A DNA stretch of 64,000 nucleotides, taken from assembly GCA_030390025.1 (NCBI GenBank), contig CM059432.1:30072001-30136000 (forward strand), written 5' to 3'. This document shows positions 13,578 to 26,149 of the stretch, in pieces. How positions within the stretch are numbered: the stretch's first letter is position 1; the number at the start of each line of letters is the position of its first letter. The notes under the pieces are model-generated. The model saw only the letters and a program-made list of their open reading frames with translations, was not told the origin of the DNA and searched no databases. This DNA is from Squalus acanthias (lineage: Eukaryota). The position numbers and the translations under genes are program-made.

Positions 13578-14597
13578 TACTTGAAAGGCTGGGTATGCTT
13601 AGAGTGGACAAGTCGCCTGGTCCAGATGGCTTGCATCCAGGGTTGCTAAGGGAATTAGGGGAGCAGATAGCGGAAGGGCTTGCCATAATTTTCCAATCTT
13701 CCCGAGATGCGGGGGAGGTGCCCGAGGATTGGAAAGTGGCAAATGTGACACCATTGTTCAAGAAAGGGTGTAAGGACGATCCTAGTAACTACAGGCCGGT
13801 CAGTTTAACATCAGTGGTGGGTAAAGTTTTAGAAACAATAATCAAGGAAAAATTAACAGGCACTTGGAGAGGTTTAAGCTAATTAAGGAGAGCCAACACG
13901 GATTTGTAAAAGGCAGATCGTGTTTGACTAATCTAATTGAATTTTTTGATGAAGTAACAGAGAGGATTGATGAAGGGAATGCAATGGATGTTGTCTACAT
14001 GGATTTTAGGAAGGCGTTTAACAAAGTACCACATAGAAGGCTGGTTAACAAAATTCAGGCTCATGGAATAGGTGGGTCAGTGGCAGCTTGGATAAGGAAT
14101 TGGCTTAAGGACAGAAAACAATGAGTTGTGGTAAATGGCTGTTTTTCAGACTGGAGTTTGGTAGACAGTGGTGTTCCCCAAGGGTCAGTGCTGGGGCCGC
14201 TGCTTTTTTGGATATATATAAATGACCTGGATATTGGAATACAGAGTAGAATTTCTAAATTTGCTGATGACACCAAACTTGGGGATATAGCAAACAGTGA
14301 TGATGATACCAATCAACTGCAACAGGACATAGAAAGGCTAGCAGAATGGGCAGACAAGTGGCAGATGGAATTTAATACAGAGAAGGGTGAGGTGATGCAT
14401 TTTGGCAGAAGGAACCGGGAGAGGCAATATACAGTTAATGGCACAGTTTTAAAGAGTGTGCAGGGACAGAGGGACCTGGGAGTTACTGTGCATAGGTCCC
14501 TGAAAGTGGCAGGACATATTGAGAGAGTGGTTAGCAAAGCATATGGGATCTTGGGCTTCATAAATAGAGGTATTGAATACAAAAGTAGTGAAATTAT

Positions 14598-15663
14598 CTT
14601 CTTCTTAGGCAGTCCCTCGGAACCGAGGATGACTTGCTTCCACATTAAAAATGAGTTCGCAGGTGACTGATGAGTCCAATGCGGGACCTACAGTCTCTGT
14701 CACAGGTGGGGCAGACGGTGGTTGAAGGGGCGGGTGGGTGGGGTGCTTGGGTTGACATGCGCCCCTTGCGCTTGGCTTCCGCTTGCTCCCGGCGAAGAGA
14801 CTCGAGGTGTTCGGCGCCTTCCCGGATGCTTCTCCTCCACTTTGTGCGGTCTTGGGCCAGGGATTCCCAGGAGTTGGTGGGGATGTTACACTTTTTCAAG
14901 GAGGCTTTGAGGGTGTCCTTGAAGCGTTTCCTCTGCCCACCTGGGGCTCTCTTGCCGTGCCGGAGCTCTGAGTAGAGCACTTGTTTTGGGAGTCTCGTAT
15001 CGGGCATGCGGACAATGTGACCCGTCCATCGGAGCTGATCGAGCATGGTCAAAGCTTCGATGCTGGGGATGTTGGCCTGAGCGAGAACACGGACGTTGGT
15101 GCGCCTATCCTGCCAATGGATTTGCAGGATCTTGCGGAGGCAGCGTTGGTGGTACCTCTCCAGTGCTTTGAGGTGCCTGCTGTACATGGTCCATGTCTCT
15201 GAGGCATACAGCAGGGCGGGTATCACTGCTGCTCTGTAGACCATGAGCTTAGTGCCGGGTTTGAGGCCCTGGTCTTCAAACACTCTCTTCCTCAGGCAAC
15301 CTCCGTCGCCTCCAGTCCACATCCAAGGTCGTCCCATCCTCTGTCGTCGAATTACAGTATGCAGACGACGCTTGCGTCTGCGCTCACTCGGAGGTCGAAC
15401 TCCAAACCATCGTCAACACTTTCACTGAAGCGTACGAGAGCATGGGCCTTACACTAAACATCCGTAAGACAAAGGTCCTCTACCAACCTGCCCCCACCAC
15501 ACAGTACTGCCCCCCGATTATCAAAATCCACGACAAGGCCTTGGACAACGTGGACCACTTTCCATATCTCGGGAGCCTACTGTCAACAAGGGCAGACGTC
15601 GATGACGAAGTCCAACACCGCCTTCAGTGTGCCAGTGCAGCCTTCGGTCGCTTGAGGAAGAGA
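14598..15663 (-). mobile_element. RTE-clade LINE, 5'-truncated with 5' inversion
   Basis: Minus part 14598-15297 encodes LLYASETWT..LRWTGHIVRMPDTRLPK..CPTCDR..H and has a (GAA)n tail. Plus part 15298-15663 encodes QYADD..GLTLNIRKTK..YLGS. TSD AGTGAAATTAT / AGAGAAGTTAT. Confidence 0.9.
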
Positions 15664-16073
15664 AGTTATGCTGAATCTTTATAAAGCGCTGGTTAGGCCA
15701 CAACTGGAGTATTGCATCCAGTTCTGGTCACCACACTTTAGGAAGGATGTGAAGGCCCTTGAGAAGGTGCAAAGGTGATTTACCAGAATGGTTCCGGGGA
15801 TGGGGGATCTTAGGTACAAGGACAGGTTGGAGAAGCTGGATTTGTTTTCATTGGAGCAAAGGAGGTTGAGGGGTGATTTGATGGAGGTGTACAAGATTAT
15901 GACTAGACGGGGAAAGGCTGATCCCACTAGTTGATGGTAGAAGGTCTAGGGGACACAGATTTAAGGTTTTGGGCAAGAGATACTGTGGGGATATGAGGAA
16001 AAACTTTTTTACTCAGCGAGTGGTGGTGACCTGGAATTCGCTGCCGATGGAAGTGGTGGAAGCGGAGACACTC

Positions 16074-16931
16074 GGGGAGAAATTCGGTATCGCCTCGTTT
16101 GAGGCGCAATTATCGGCCGGGTGCAAAGTTTAGCACCTGGCGCTAATTATCGCCTCCAACTGCAAACTTGGCTTCTATCGCCCCTGGAGGTGATTGGAGC
16201 GCTAAATCAGGCGCTACACACCTCTCTTAAGGTGCTAACGCCGAGGAGCGAGGCGCTACCTCAGAGCGCTGGCGAAGGTCATGTGATGTCAGTCAGCAAT
16301 GGAACACAGACACAATGGCGCGCGGCCAGTTCTTAAAGGGGAGGGTTGATCTTGCTCTCCATCCACACCCTGCTCATTGCAGCCTTGAATCTCGTGCTGG
16401 AGAGACCTGTACATCAAATCTGCTGGAAAGAACAATGGAGGCGCCCAGGGAAAGAGCTCAGAGTGCAGCCCCCATAGCCTCTTCTAAATCGATGCAAGAA
16501 AGGTCAAATCAAAATGAACCTGCAAAGTGCTGCTCAGTACCCAAAACTCCTTCACACAGCGTTAAATCTCTCCAGAAGTCTCTCTCTCTCTCAATGCATG
16601 GTGCAAAAATGTCGCCGACAAAAAAAGGCAGGAAGCGGTCGTCTTTAAATAGCGCTCCCCCAGTCCCTTCCCGACTGCAAAACGTTCCCCTCAACCTGTC
16701 GTTGCTAGCGGCAGGCGGAGCCACTCAATATCCGGTCCGGGGCGCTACCGGGGCATTGCACGCTCGACTGACATCACGATCGTGGCGGTAGTGTTTAGCG
16801 CCGCCACAAAATGTCTGGTCAATTTTGTGAGCGGCGCAAACATCGCTGCGCCCGGGCGCTAGTTGCTTTGCGCCCCAGTAGAGTCCTCTTAGGGCGCTGA
16901 CGGGAGGCGCAAAGCAACCGAATTTTTCCCC
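16074..16931. mobile_element. PIF/Harbinger-type internally deleted element
   Basis: TIR GGGGAGAAATTCGG / CCGAATTTTTCCCC; 3-bp TSD CTC. The empty site GAGACACTCAATG is visible in the sister CR1 at ~59270. Confidence 0.85.
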
Positions 16932-18990
16932 CTCAATGTTTACAAGGGGAGACTGGATAGGCACTTGAGGGATATAATCTTGCAGGGCTACGGGGTTAGA
17001 GCGGGGGAATGGGACTGACTGGATTGCTCTACAGAGAACCGGCATGGACTCGATGGGGCAAATGGCCTCCTTCTGCGCCGTTATGACTCTGTGACATCAA
17101 TAAAAAAAGGAAGTTTGGGATGGGAATAGGACCATTAAGGGATAGACAGAATAATACCACAGGTAACGATAGAGATATGGCTGAAATATTAAATCATTAT
17201 TTCGCTTCGGTATTTACCAGCGAGATAGAATAGGTGGACATGACGTTGGATGATGAGATTAGTAATGAGATAAGTGCATTTAAAATAAAAAAAAGGGGAT
17301 ATATTAAATACACTAATCAAACTCAAAGAGGATAAAACCCTTGGTCCGGATGGATTGCATCCACACATTTTAAAAGAATCTAGGGAAGAGATAGCAGAGG
17401 CATTATTACGCATATTTAATAATTCGTTAGAAAAAGGTGCGGTGCCAGAGGACTGGCAGCTAGCTAACGTAATACTGTACCTATATTTAAGATGGAGGAT
17501 GAACATGCCCAAGGAATTATAGATCAGTCAGATTAACATCGGTGGTAGAAAAAATAATGGAATCGATACTAAAGAAAATGGAACATCTGGAAACCAAAAA
17601 CATAGTAATGAATATTCAGCATGGATTTCAAAAGGGAAAGTCTTGCTTGACCAATCTCATTGAATTTTTTGAAGAGGTAACTGAGAGAGTAGACAATGGT
17701 AATGCAGTAGATGTAATTTATCTAGGTTTTCAAAAGGCCTTCGATAAGGTACCCCATAATAGACTGATGAACAAGGTCAGAGAATGCGGAGTCAGGGGAC
17801 AAGTGGCAGAATGGATAGCTAGCTGGCTTCAAGACAAAGCAGAGAGTAGGGGTAAAATGTAACGATTCACATTGGCAGAAGGTGGGTAGTGGTGTTCCAC
17901 AAGGATCAGTGCTGGGACCACTGTTGTTTACAATTTATATTAACGATTTAGACTTTGGAATCAAAAACAATTTCTAAATTTGCAGAAGGGGCATAGTCAA
18001 TACTGAGGAGGACTGCAACAAATTACAGGAGGACATTAATAAACTTGCAGAATGGGCATATCATTGGCAAATGAAGTTCAACACAGATAAATGTGAGGTA
18101 TTACATTTTAGTAGGAAGAATAGGGAGGTCACTTATTACTTGGAGGGTGCGAGTCTAGTGGGGTAGAGGAACAAAGGGATCTGGGAGTACAAATACACAA
18201 ATCAATAAAAGTTGCGACACAGGCTACAAGGCCATAAAAAAGCAAACCAAGCACTAGGGTTTATTTCTGGAGGTATAGAATTGAAAAGAAGGGAAGTTAT
18301 GCTAAACCTGTATCGAACCTTGGTTAGACCACACTTAGAGTACTGCGTACAATTCTGGTCGCCATATTATATTATAAAAAGGATATAGAGGAGAGGGTGC
18401 GGAGAAGATTTACAAGGATGATACCAGAAATGCGAGGGTATACATATCAGGAAAGGATGAACAGGCTGGGTCTCTTTTCTCTTTTAAGAAGGCTGAGGGG
18501 TTACCTAATAGAGGTCTTTAAAATTATGAAAGGGTTTGATAGAGTGGATACAGAGAGAATGTTTCCACTTGTGGGGAAGAGCATAACTAGAGGCCATCAA
18601 TATAAGATAGTCACCAAGAAATCCAATAGGGAATTCAGAAGAAACTTCTTTACCCAAAGAGTGGTGAGAATGTGGAACTCGCTATCACAGGGAGTGGTTG
18701 AAGCGAAATGTATAGATGCATTTAAGGAGATTGACAAGCATATGAGGGAGAAGGGAATAGAGGGTTATGCTGATAGATTTAGATGAGGAAAGACGGGAGG
18801 AGGCTCGAGTGGAGCATAAATGCCGGCATGGACTGGTTGGGCCGAATGGCCTGTTTCTGTGCCGTATATCCTATGTAATCCTATGTAAGGCGGCTCACCA
18901 CTACCTACTCAAGGGCAATTAGGGATGGGCAATAAATGCTGGCCTTGCCAGCGACGCCCACATCCCAGGAATGAATCCAAAAAAAAAACA

Positions 18991-19156
18991 CACTACCTGA
19001 AAGAGTGGTGGAATCAGATTCCGTGGATACTTTCAATAGGCAATTGGACACGGATTTGAAGAGAATTAATTTGCAGTTACATGGAAAAAGCTGGAGTGTG
19101 GGACTAAACCGGACAGCTTTATCAGAGAGTCGGCACAGGCACGACGGGCCAAATGT
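18991..19156 (+). mobile_element. CR1 3' end fragment
   Basis: VESDSVDTFNRQLD plus 3'UTR. It is followed by a minus-strand CR1 tail at ~19160-19250. Confidence 0.75.
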
Positions 19157-19899
19157 CTCAGTCATAGAGTTATACAGCACAGAAAGAGGCCCTTCGGCCC
19201 ATCGTGTCTGCGCTGGCCATCAAGCCCTGTCTATTCTATTCTATTCTGTCTCCCTTCTGTGCTGCAAGATTCGATGTTCCCAGAGCAGATTTGAATTACA
19301 CAGGATTGGACGTAGGACTGGAAAACTGACGTGGGATGTGGACAATTGAAGGAGTTGGCAGAATTGGAGGACAACATTCCTTGCCTTAGGAAAGGCTCAA
19401 GAGGCATTTCAACTTGTTGGCAGCGTTTGCCAAAACGGGCAGGGGATGACGAAACAACAGGCAGAAATAAAGGGGAAAGAAACCCAATGTGGAGGTACAA
19501 GTCTGCTGGCAAAATGACGAAGCAGCTCAGCACCCGAGCCTCTGTTTAATGACTGAATTGGAGGTGGTGTTGCATGAAGTAGTTGCAAGGGAGTGGGAGC
19601 TTGCTATCAACAACATCACCCCCACAGGATGCCTGGAAGGCAGCGTAAACAAGTCGGGAGCTGCAGTGAACCGCCACTGTCACCGGCTGTGCCACTCTGT
19701 GCTGCATGTAAGCTGCAGGCGTCCTTGCAACAGATAGCACAAGTCAGCATCTGCCTCTCTTCTCATCTAGAGCCTGTACAGACCATTTCTCATGGTCACT
19801 ACCAGGTAGTTACGCCCATGCCTGCAGATATGGCTAATAGTTGGCAGTATATAGTCAGCAGGTAAAGCCACATTTATTGCTCATCCAGAGTTGCCTGGA

Positions 19900-20140
19900 G
19901 AAGTGTAGTCACTGTTGTAACCTAGGGAAATGCAGTATTCAAAATAGTGCCATGGGATCTTTTACATCCACCGGAGAGGGCAGGTGGAGTCTTGGTTTGA
20001 TGTCTCATCCGAAAGACGACACCTCCGACAGTGCAGCACTCCCTCAGCACTGCACTGGAGTGTCAGCCTAAATTTGGTGCTCAAGCCTCTGACTTGAAGA
20101 CTTGAACCCACAACCTTCTGACTAAGAGGTGAAATCGCTA
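19900..20140 (-). mobile_element. DeuSINE partial
   Basis: Reverse complement of the Deu core and tRNA-like head. Confidence 0.8.
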
Positions 20141-20795
20141 CCATCTTGGAAATAGGAGTGTCCACATGCACTATCCTTTTATGAAAGCAAGATAGTTGCA
20201 CCTGTCTGTGAGAGTACCCCTGGGTTGGTATGGGACACCTCCTGGTGCAGCCTGACCTACATAGCATCCATTGGTCTTCCTCCAAAAAAGAAAATTGGAA
20301 ACCGGAATTTCCATTGGGTAAAACACTGGTGGCACCCCTGGTGGTGGTTAAAAAAAAGAGAAGCTTCAGCAAATAGCCATAAAGGCTCATCAGAATTTAA
20401 GTGTCAGTAAAAATGAAAAAAAAAATGAAAAATTATGCAGAAATGGCCTTAAAGCAGTTAAAGATAAAGAAAGACTTGCATTTATATAGCGCCTTTCAAG
20501 ACCACCGGACATCCCAAAGCGCAGGATAGCCAATGAAGCACTTTTTGAAGTGATGTACTGTTGTAATGTAGGAAACACGGCAGCCAATTTGCGCACTGCA
20601 AGCGCCCACAAAGAGCAATATGATACTGACCAGATAATCTGTTTTAGCGATGTTGATTGAGGGATAAACATTGGCCAGGACACCGGGGATAACTCACCTG
20701 CTCTTCTTTGAAATAGTGCCAAGGGATCTTTTAAGTCCACCTGAGAAAGCAGACGCAGCCTCGGTTTAAAGTTTCATCGAAAGACGGGATCGACA

Positions 20796-21135
20796 GGGCA
20801 ACACGGTGGCATAGTGGTTAGCACTGGTGCCTCACAGCGCCAGGGACCCGGGTTCGAATCTGGCCTCGGGTGACTGTCTGTGTGGAGTTTGCACATTCTC
20901 CCCGTGTCTGCGTGGGTTTCCTCCGGGTGCTCCGGTTTCCTCCCACAGTCCAAAAATGTGCGGGTTAGGTTGATTTGGCTATGATAAATTGACCCTTAGT
21001 GTTAGGGGGGGATTAAATATGTGGGGTTACGGGGATAGGATAGGATAGGAAGGGATGTGTTAGGGGGAATTAAATACGTGGGGTTACGGGGATAGGGTGG
21101 GATATGTGTCGGTGCAGGCTCGATGGGGATTCTGT
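20796..21135 (+). mobile_element. HE1-type V-SINE (elasmobranch)
   Basis: tRNA head (GGTGGCATAGTGG A box, GGTTCGAATC B box) and V-domain GTGTGGAGTTTGCACATTCTCCCCGTGTCTGCGTGGGTTTCCTCCGGGTGCTCCGGTTTCCTCCCACAGTCC. Confidence 0.9.
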
Positions 21136-21252
21136 GTGAGAAAGCAGGGACAGGGTACTGGATTTGGATGATCAGCCATGATCGTATTGAATGGTGGAGC
21201 AGGCTCGACGGGCCGAATGGCCTACTCCTGCTCCTAGTTTCTATGTTTCTAT
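21136..21252 (+). mobile_element. CR1 3'UTR tail fused to HE1
   Basis: Near-identical to 49122-49236. Confidence 0.85.
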
Positions 21253-21739
21253 GACAGTGCAGCAGTCCTTCAGTAGTGCACTGGAATGTCAGCCTAGATT
21301 TTTGAGCTCAAGTGTCTGGAGGGAGACTTGAACCCACAACCTTCTGACGCAGAGGCGAGGGTGCTACCAACCGAGCTACAGCTGACACAGTTGAATAAAT
21401 CTTCTTAGTGGGCCTTTTACATTTACACGCACGCACACCCCACTGCCCATTACATACGGGCAGGATTACAATTTTGCGCTCTACCGGTTTTGGTTTTTTT
21501 TTTTGGGGGGGGGGGGGGGGGTGGGGGGAGGTGTGGGCCCAAGTGGTGAAGAATGTTATGGGGTCATTCCCACATTGCTTTCGGGTGGCGTTCCTGTACC
21601 TACCTAACATGCACGTCAGGCACAAATGGGAAATAACCGGTACAAAAACTAGCCCCACCGACTGGAATAGGGAAGTTTAATCCGTAAAACAATTTCAAGT
21701 TAAACCACAACGTCAGGCCAAAAGGGAATATAGATTAAA

Positions 21740-22290
21740 TAGACTAGAGAAGCTGGGGTTGCTCTCCTTGGAGCAGAGAAGATTGAGAAGAGATTTGATA
21801 GAAGTGTTCAAAATCATGAGGGGTCTGGACAGAGTAGATAGAGAGAAACTGTTCCCACTGGCGGAAGGGTTGAGAACCAGAGGACGCAGATTTAAGGTGA
21901 TTGGCAGAAGAACCAAAGGCGACATGAGGAAAAACTTTTTTACACAGCGAGTGGTTAGGATCTGGAATGCACTGTCAGAAAGGGTGGTGGAGGCAGACTC
22001 AATTGTGGCTTTCAAAAGGGAATTGGACAAGTACCTGAAGGAATAAAAAATTGCAGGGCTACGGGGAAAGGGCAGGGGAGTGGGACTAGCTGAAGTGCAC
22101 TTGCAGAGCTCTTTGATTTTAAGTACTTTTTCACACAAATAATCATTAGTACCTGGAATGTCCATCCATCTAGGGTCGTAGAAGCAAAAACTGGAACCAC
22201 TGAATAGACAGCTGAAGGTTGTGGGAAAGACTGGAGATCATAGGTTTCCATGGAATGATGAGCTAGTTGGGCCGAATGACCACCTTCATT
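21740..22290 (+). mobile_element. CR1 3' fragments
   Basis: SLEQRRLRRDLIEVFK..FFTQRVVRIWNAL, followed by an older tail. Confidence 0.85.
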
Positions 22291-22639
22291 TGTATTTATC
22301 TTCTTGACTAAATCATGGATAATGACACTCACACTTCCACTCCACAGTACCTCAGAGTCGCAGTGTCCCAAGCCACCAAACTGCCAAGCACCAAGACAAT
22401 TTTATTGAGCTGAATATTCCCTTGTCAATGACCAACAAGAATAACAAATCCCAGAGCTCAAAATGATGATTGCAGGACCGTTAAGCTACGTTAAATCACT
22501 GCTGTCAACAAAATCTAAAACTGCTACTCATCATGCCAGCACTGGTCTGTAGAAAGCCAGAGCCAGGGTGATCGGGTGGGGTGAGGGAATAAAGCCAGCC
22601 AGAGATTCTGCTCCTGATTAATTATTCAATTAACTATTC

Positions 22640-22865
22640 AAGGAGCAAGGAGTTCTCCCGGTGCTCTGGCCAACATTTCTCCCTCAACCAATACCACCAG
22701 AAAAACAATCTAAATGGTCATTGATTTCAACTGTTGTGGGATCTTGGTTTGTGCAAATTGGCTGCCACCTTTGCCTATGGAACAGTGAAATACACTTCAA
22801 AAAGTAATTTATCAGATATCCAGAGGATATGATAGTGCACTATATAAATACACATTCTTTCTTTC
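22640..22865 (+). mobile_element. DeuSINE 3' half, degraded
   Basis: GGAGTTCTCCCGGTG..GCAAATTGGCTGCC..CTATATAAAT. Confidence 0.7.
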
Positions 22866-22874
22866 TACCACTCA

Positions 22875-24185
22875 TTACTCCAGTATCATCCTGGAGAGCA
22901 AAGATAACACCTGACTTCTTTTCTCCACTACCAACAATTTCCTTACACCTCCAACAAGAATGAGGAGCTCATGGGCTTCTTTGTCACCAAGCCCGAGACT
23001 CGTTCAATAATTCCCTCCCCATTACCTTGCCCACCAAATATCCCCTCAGGCTGAACTTTCCTCCCTGCCCTAGACCTTAACCGGTATCTCGATCTAGCTC
23101 CTCACCAATCTATCCCCATGCCTTCTATGAGTTCATTTCCTCCACTAGGCTCACCTCCTGCTCCATCGACCCCCATTCCCACTAAACTGCTAACCACCCA
23201 ACATCCCTTCTCAGTGCCCATGCCAGCTGACATTGTAAATGGATCGTCTCTCCTCAAGCACCTCTAAGGATCTACCTTAGTCTCTCTCTTTTTCCTCATC
23301 AATGTGCTGTCCCTTGGTAACACCATCTACAGATATGGGGTCAGATTCCATAATAATACTGATGACAATCAGCTCTACCTCACCGCCACCTCTCTTGATC
23401 CCTCCACTCCCTCAGTGTTGTCAGATTGCTTATCCAACAGTCTTGGAGGAGCCATAATTTCCTCCAGCTAAACATTGGGAAGATCAAAGTCATTTGTCTT
23501 CAGCCCCTTCCCATCGATTCCATTCCAACTGCCCGGCCCCTTTCTCAACTTCAACCAGACTGTTCTCAACTTCAGCATCCTAGTTGACGCTGAACTAAGC
23601 TACCGACCCCATAATTCTCCATCACAGAAAATGCCTACTTCCACCTCTGTAATATCACCCGTCTCCATCCCGACCCAAGCCCATCTGCCGCTGAAATCCT
23701 CAAAAATGCTTTTATCACGGCCAGACTCGACTAACGAATACTCCACCCTCCGTAACCTTCAGCTCATCCAAAACTCTGATGCCTGCATCCTATCCTGCAC
23801 CAGATCACACTCACCCAGCAACTCTGTCTTCGCTGACCCTCAAAAGATACAAATTTAAAATTCACACCCTCGTGTTTAAATCACTTTATGGCCTCCTCCC
23901 TGCCCGTCTCTGTAACCTATTCCTGTCCTATAACCCTACAAATCCACCCCCGCAAACGCTTGTGCATTCCACATCCCTTTCATCCTACCATTAGCAACTG
24001 TGGGTTCAGCCATCTAGGTCCCACTGTGGAATCCCCTCCCCAAGCCCCTCTGCCTCTTCACGTCCCCCCCTTAAAACCCACCTTTCTGACCAAGCTTTTC
24101 ATCTCCTTTGTTTTTGATAACACCTGTGAGGCGCTTTGGGACATTTTTCTACATTAAAAGGTACTTATAATAAATGCAAGTTATC
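22875..24185 (+). mobile_element. L2 LINE fragments, degraded
   Basis: Collinear with the L2 at 34465 (LQLNIG..K, LQLIQNS) and L2 tail GCGCTTTGGGAC..TAAATGCAAGTT. Confidence 0.75.
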
Positions 24186-26149
24186 GTTACTGCTCTGCCT
24201 TGTATGACTTCATGTGCAGGGCTTTACATCCAGAATGATAATTTACAGCTAAAATCTGGTAGGTAACTGCACTCTCTTTTAGTACTATGTGTTCTAATCC
24301 ACAAACCTCTGGTGCAAAACACCAATACTTGATTTTACTGAGTGTGCTAATTGGGACCGGTGTTTAAAATAAAGGCACATTAAAAAAGCCTACTTGCTCT
24401 TAAAATAGGTCAAGTTGATATCCTGCACTGAACACTAGCACATTGGATCGGCTGCGCTGGGGAGATTGAAGTCGGGAAGAGATTGTAGTATGATTACTGA
24501 ATTGAAAGTTATATTCGGTAATGTGGAGGAAGGCCAACTCGAGGCCAAAGATGACTGAACTGCATAAGACCTCAAGAAGGGGAGGGGAAGAGAGGGGTTG
24601 GGTTTCACAGGTCACGTCAGGCGTCAAGTATGTCAAGCTCAGAGCTTGGGCTTGCTGCGACTAAACTGGAAAGATCCTGTCATTAGGAGAACAGCAGGTT
24701 CAAAACAGTTATGTCCAGAAAACTATCAATTTTTAGGTGTAAATCTTAGTGCTGTGAGTGAGAAATGTGACAAAGTGGAATTAATGCAACACTGAGCAGA
24801 GAGCTTACGAAGGAGAGACTGAAGCTAGCACATACGCACACACACCATATAACTGCAAATGCTCAAACACGAGTGAAGAAGAAACCCAATTAGCCATCTG
24901 GAAGTGAATGTCAGCTGCAATCGCGTTGCCTCGTCTCAGTTTCACAACGCAAAGCGGTAACAATTCTTGCCCCCATAGCCCCGCCTCACCAACTTTCCTT
25001 TTCAGAACTTTCATTTTGGTGGGCTGAGGCAGTAGTGAAACACTATCTCAGATTTATTCCTGCATTCACTACCCGAGCTGCTCGGGAGCAGTTATAATTT
25101 CAGCCTACAGCAATTACCACACTCAAGCATTTGCTGCGGAATTTCAGTTACGAGCAGCGTGTTGGCCAGCAATCCAATGGCGTGTAATTTAGTCAATCTT
25201 TGACAGGAGAGGGTGGAATGATTAGGACCTTGACACAGGTGTCTTCCAGTTATATCTCTCGCTTTTTATATTTGACCAGTTTTCTCTCCTTCCGTGAGGG
25301 CACTGGGGAACAGTCCCACAGGTGGTGGCAAGTGTCTAGTATCTTGCTCCAAGTGGCCATTCGTCATGTGGGAGATAGTGAGTGCTGCCAGGCCATTCAA
25401 ACACAGCGGCCTGTACCTAATCCACTTCCCACCCAATGTGCACAAAGACAGAGACCGCCCCTCCCCCCATACGCATGCACACACTTACCAGCATGGGTTA
25501 CTGGACCTCAATCAGGAATGGGAGACCCAGTCTGATTTCACCACCCCCGCCCCACCCTCATTTCTCTAGCCCCAGGGGCACCGAGGCCAATTGCTGCCAT
25601 TTTGGACGAGATTAGCCAACTCAGCATAGAGTGGGAATGGAGTTTGGGACATTGTGGTGTATTCATTTGCTGCAGCTGGGTTAAAAAAATTTACCAGTTC
25701 CACAAATCAAGCCTCGGGCTGCAGGCAATTACTGTAATTTGTAAACCAGTAATTAATTTTCTGATTACCACCCTTTCCCTTGAACCACACATAATTACTA
25801 AGATCTGCAGCAGCATTAAAGCTGTTAAACAGGGATTTTCTGAAAACTGAACACACTTGGAAAAAAATTAAAATAATTGAATTTAAATTGAATGTAGCCA
25901 TATAGCCAGTATTAAATTAAATAAATCAGCCCCAGTGCTTAAATAACCCCCTTTACTGATTTGAATGTTACAACCATGTTAGTAAATAGGATGGTTTACA
26001 AAAAGCATAACATGGATTTTTTTTTTTTAAATGCTCTTGTAGGGATACGCCCCACCATATGTCCTTCTCTAGTAAAAGCAGCCTTCACTATCCTGCTGTC
26101 CTGGCTACTGAGCACCAAAGGGCCTTAGCCCAGCATACCATCACGGTTG

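Larger units (their letters stand above)
10650..17094 (+). mobile_element. Inner, apparently full-length CR1 LINE (5'UTR, ORF1, ORF2, 3'UTR); inactivated and carrying three nested inserts
   Basis: ORF1 from 10865 (CxxC..CxxC, coiled coil, VVGDSIVRG esterase, ends 11797). ORF2 has APE (AITETWL, LGDF) and RT ([22 protein letters not shown]); CR1 tail. Confidence 0.92.
8881..18886 (+). mobile_element. Outer CR1 LINE, 5'-truncated in ORF1, occupying 8881-10649 and 17095-18886; inactivated
   Basis: SGNH/GDSL esterase motifs (VVTGDSIIRG, HVGTNDIG), APE endonuclease remnants, RT motifs (SCLTNLIEFF, QKAFDKVPH) and an (ATCCTATGTA)n tail. The frame SKIFYR..INKKR rejoins across the inner CR1. Confidence 0.9.
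20465..21390 (-). mobile_element. DeuSINE, split by the HE1/CR1 insert (20465-20795 and 21253-21390)
   Basis: Full tail-to-head series on the minus strand; GACA duplicated at the insert ends. Confidence 0.85.

Noticed and set aside
19545..19605. TELEVVLHEVVAREWEL, faintly Myb/SANT-like (Harbinger)
   Set aside because: Too short, with no TIRs or supporting frame.
20796..20870. tRNA gene
   Set aside because: tRNA-derived head of an HE1 SINE, continuing into the V-domain.
24394..24559. Acceptor/donor-bounded segment on the minus strand
   Set aside because: Stop codon in the frame continuing from the ZC3H3 exon; no recognisable protein.
24809..24852. 44-nt AG...GTAAGC mini-exon candidate (minus)
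   Set aside because: No homology; would shift the frame; such site pairs occur by chance.
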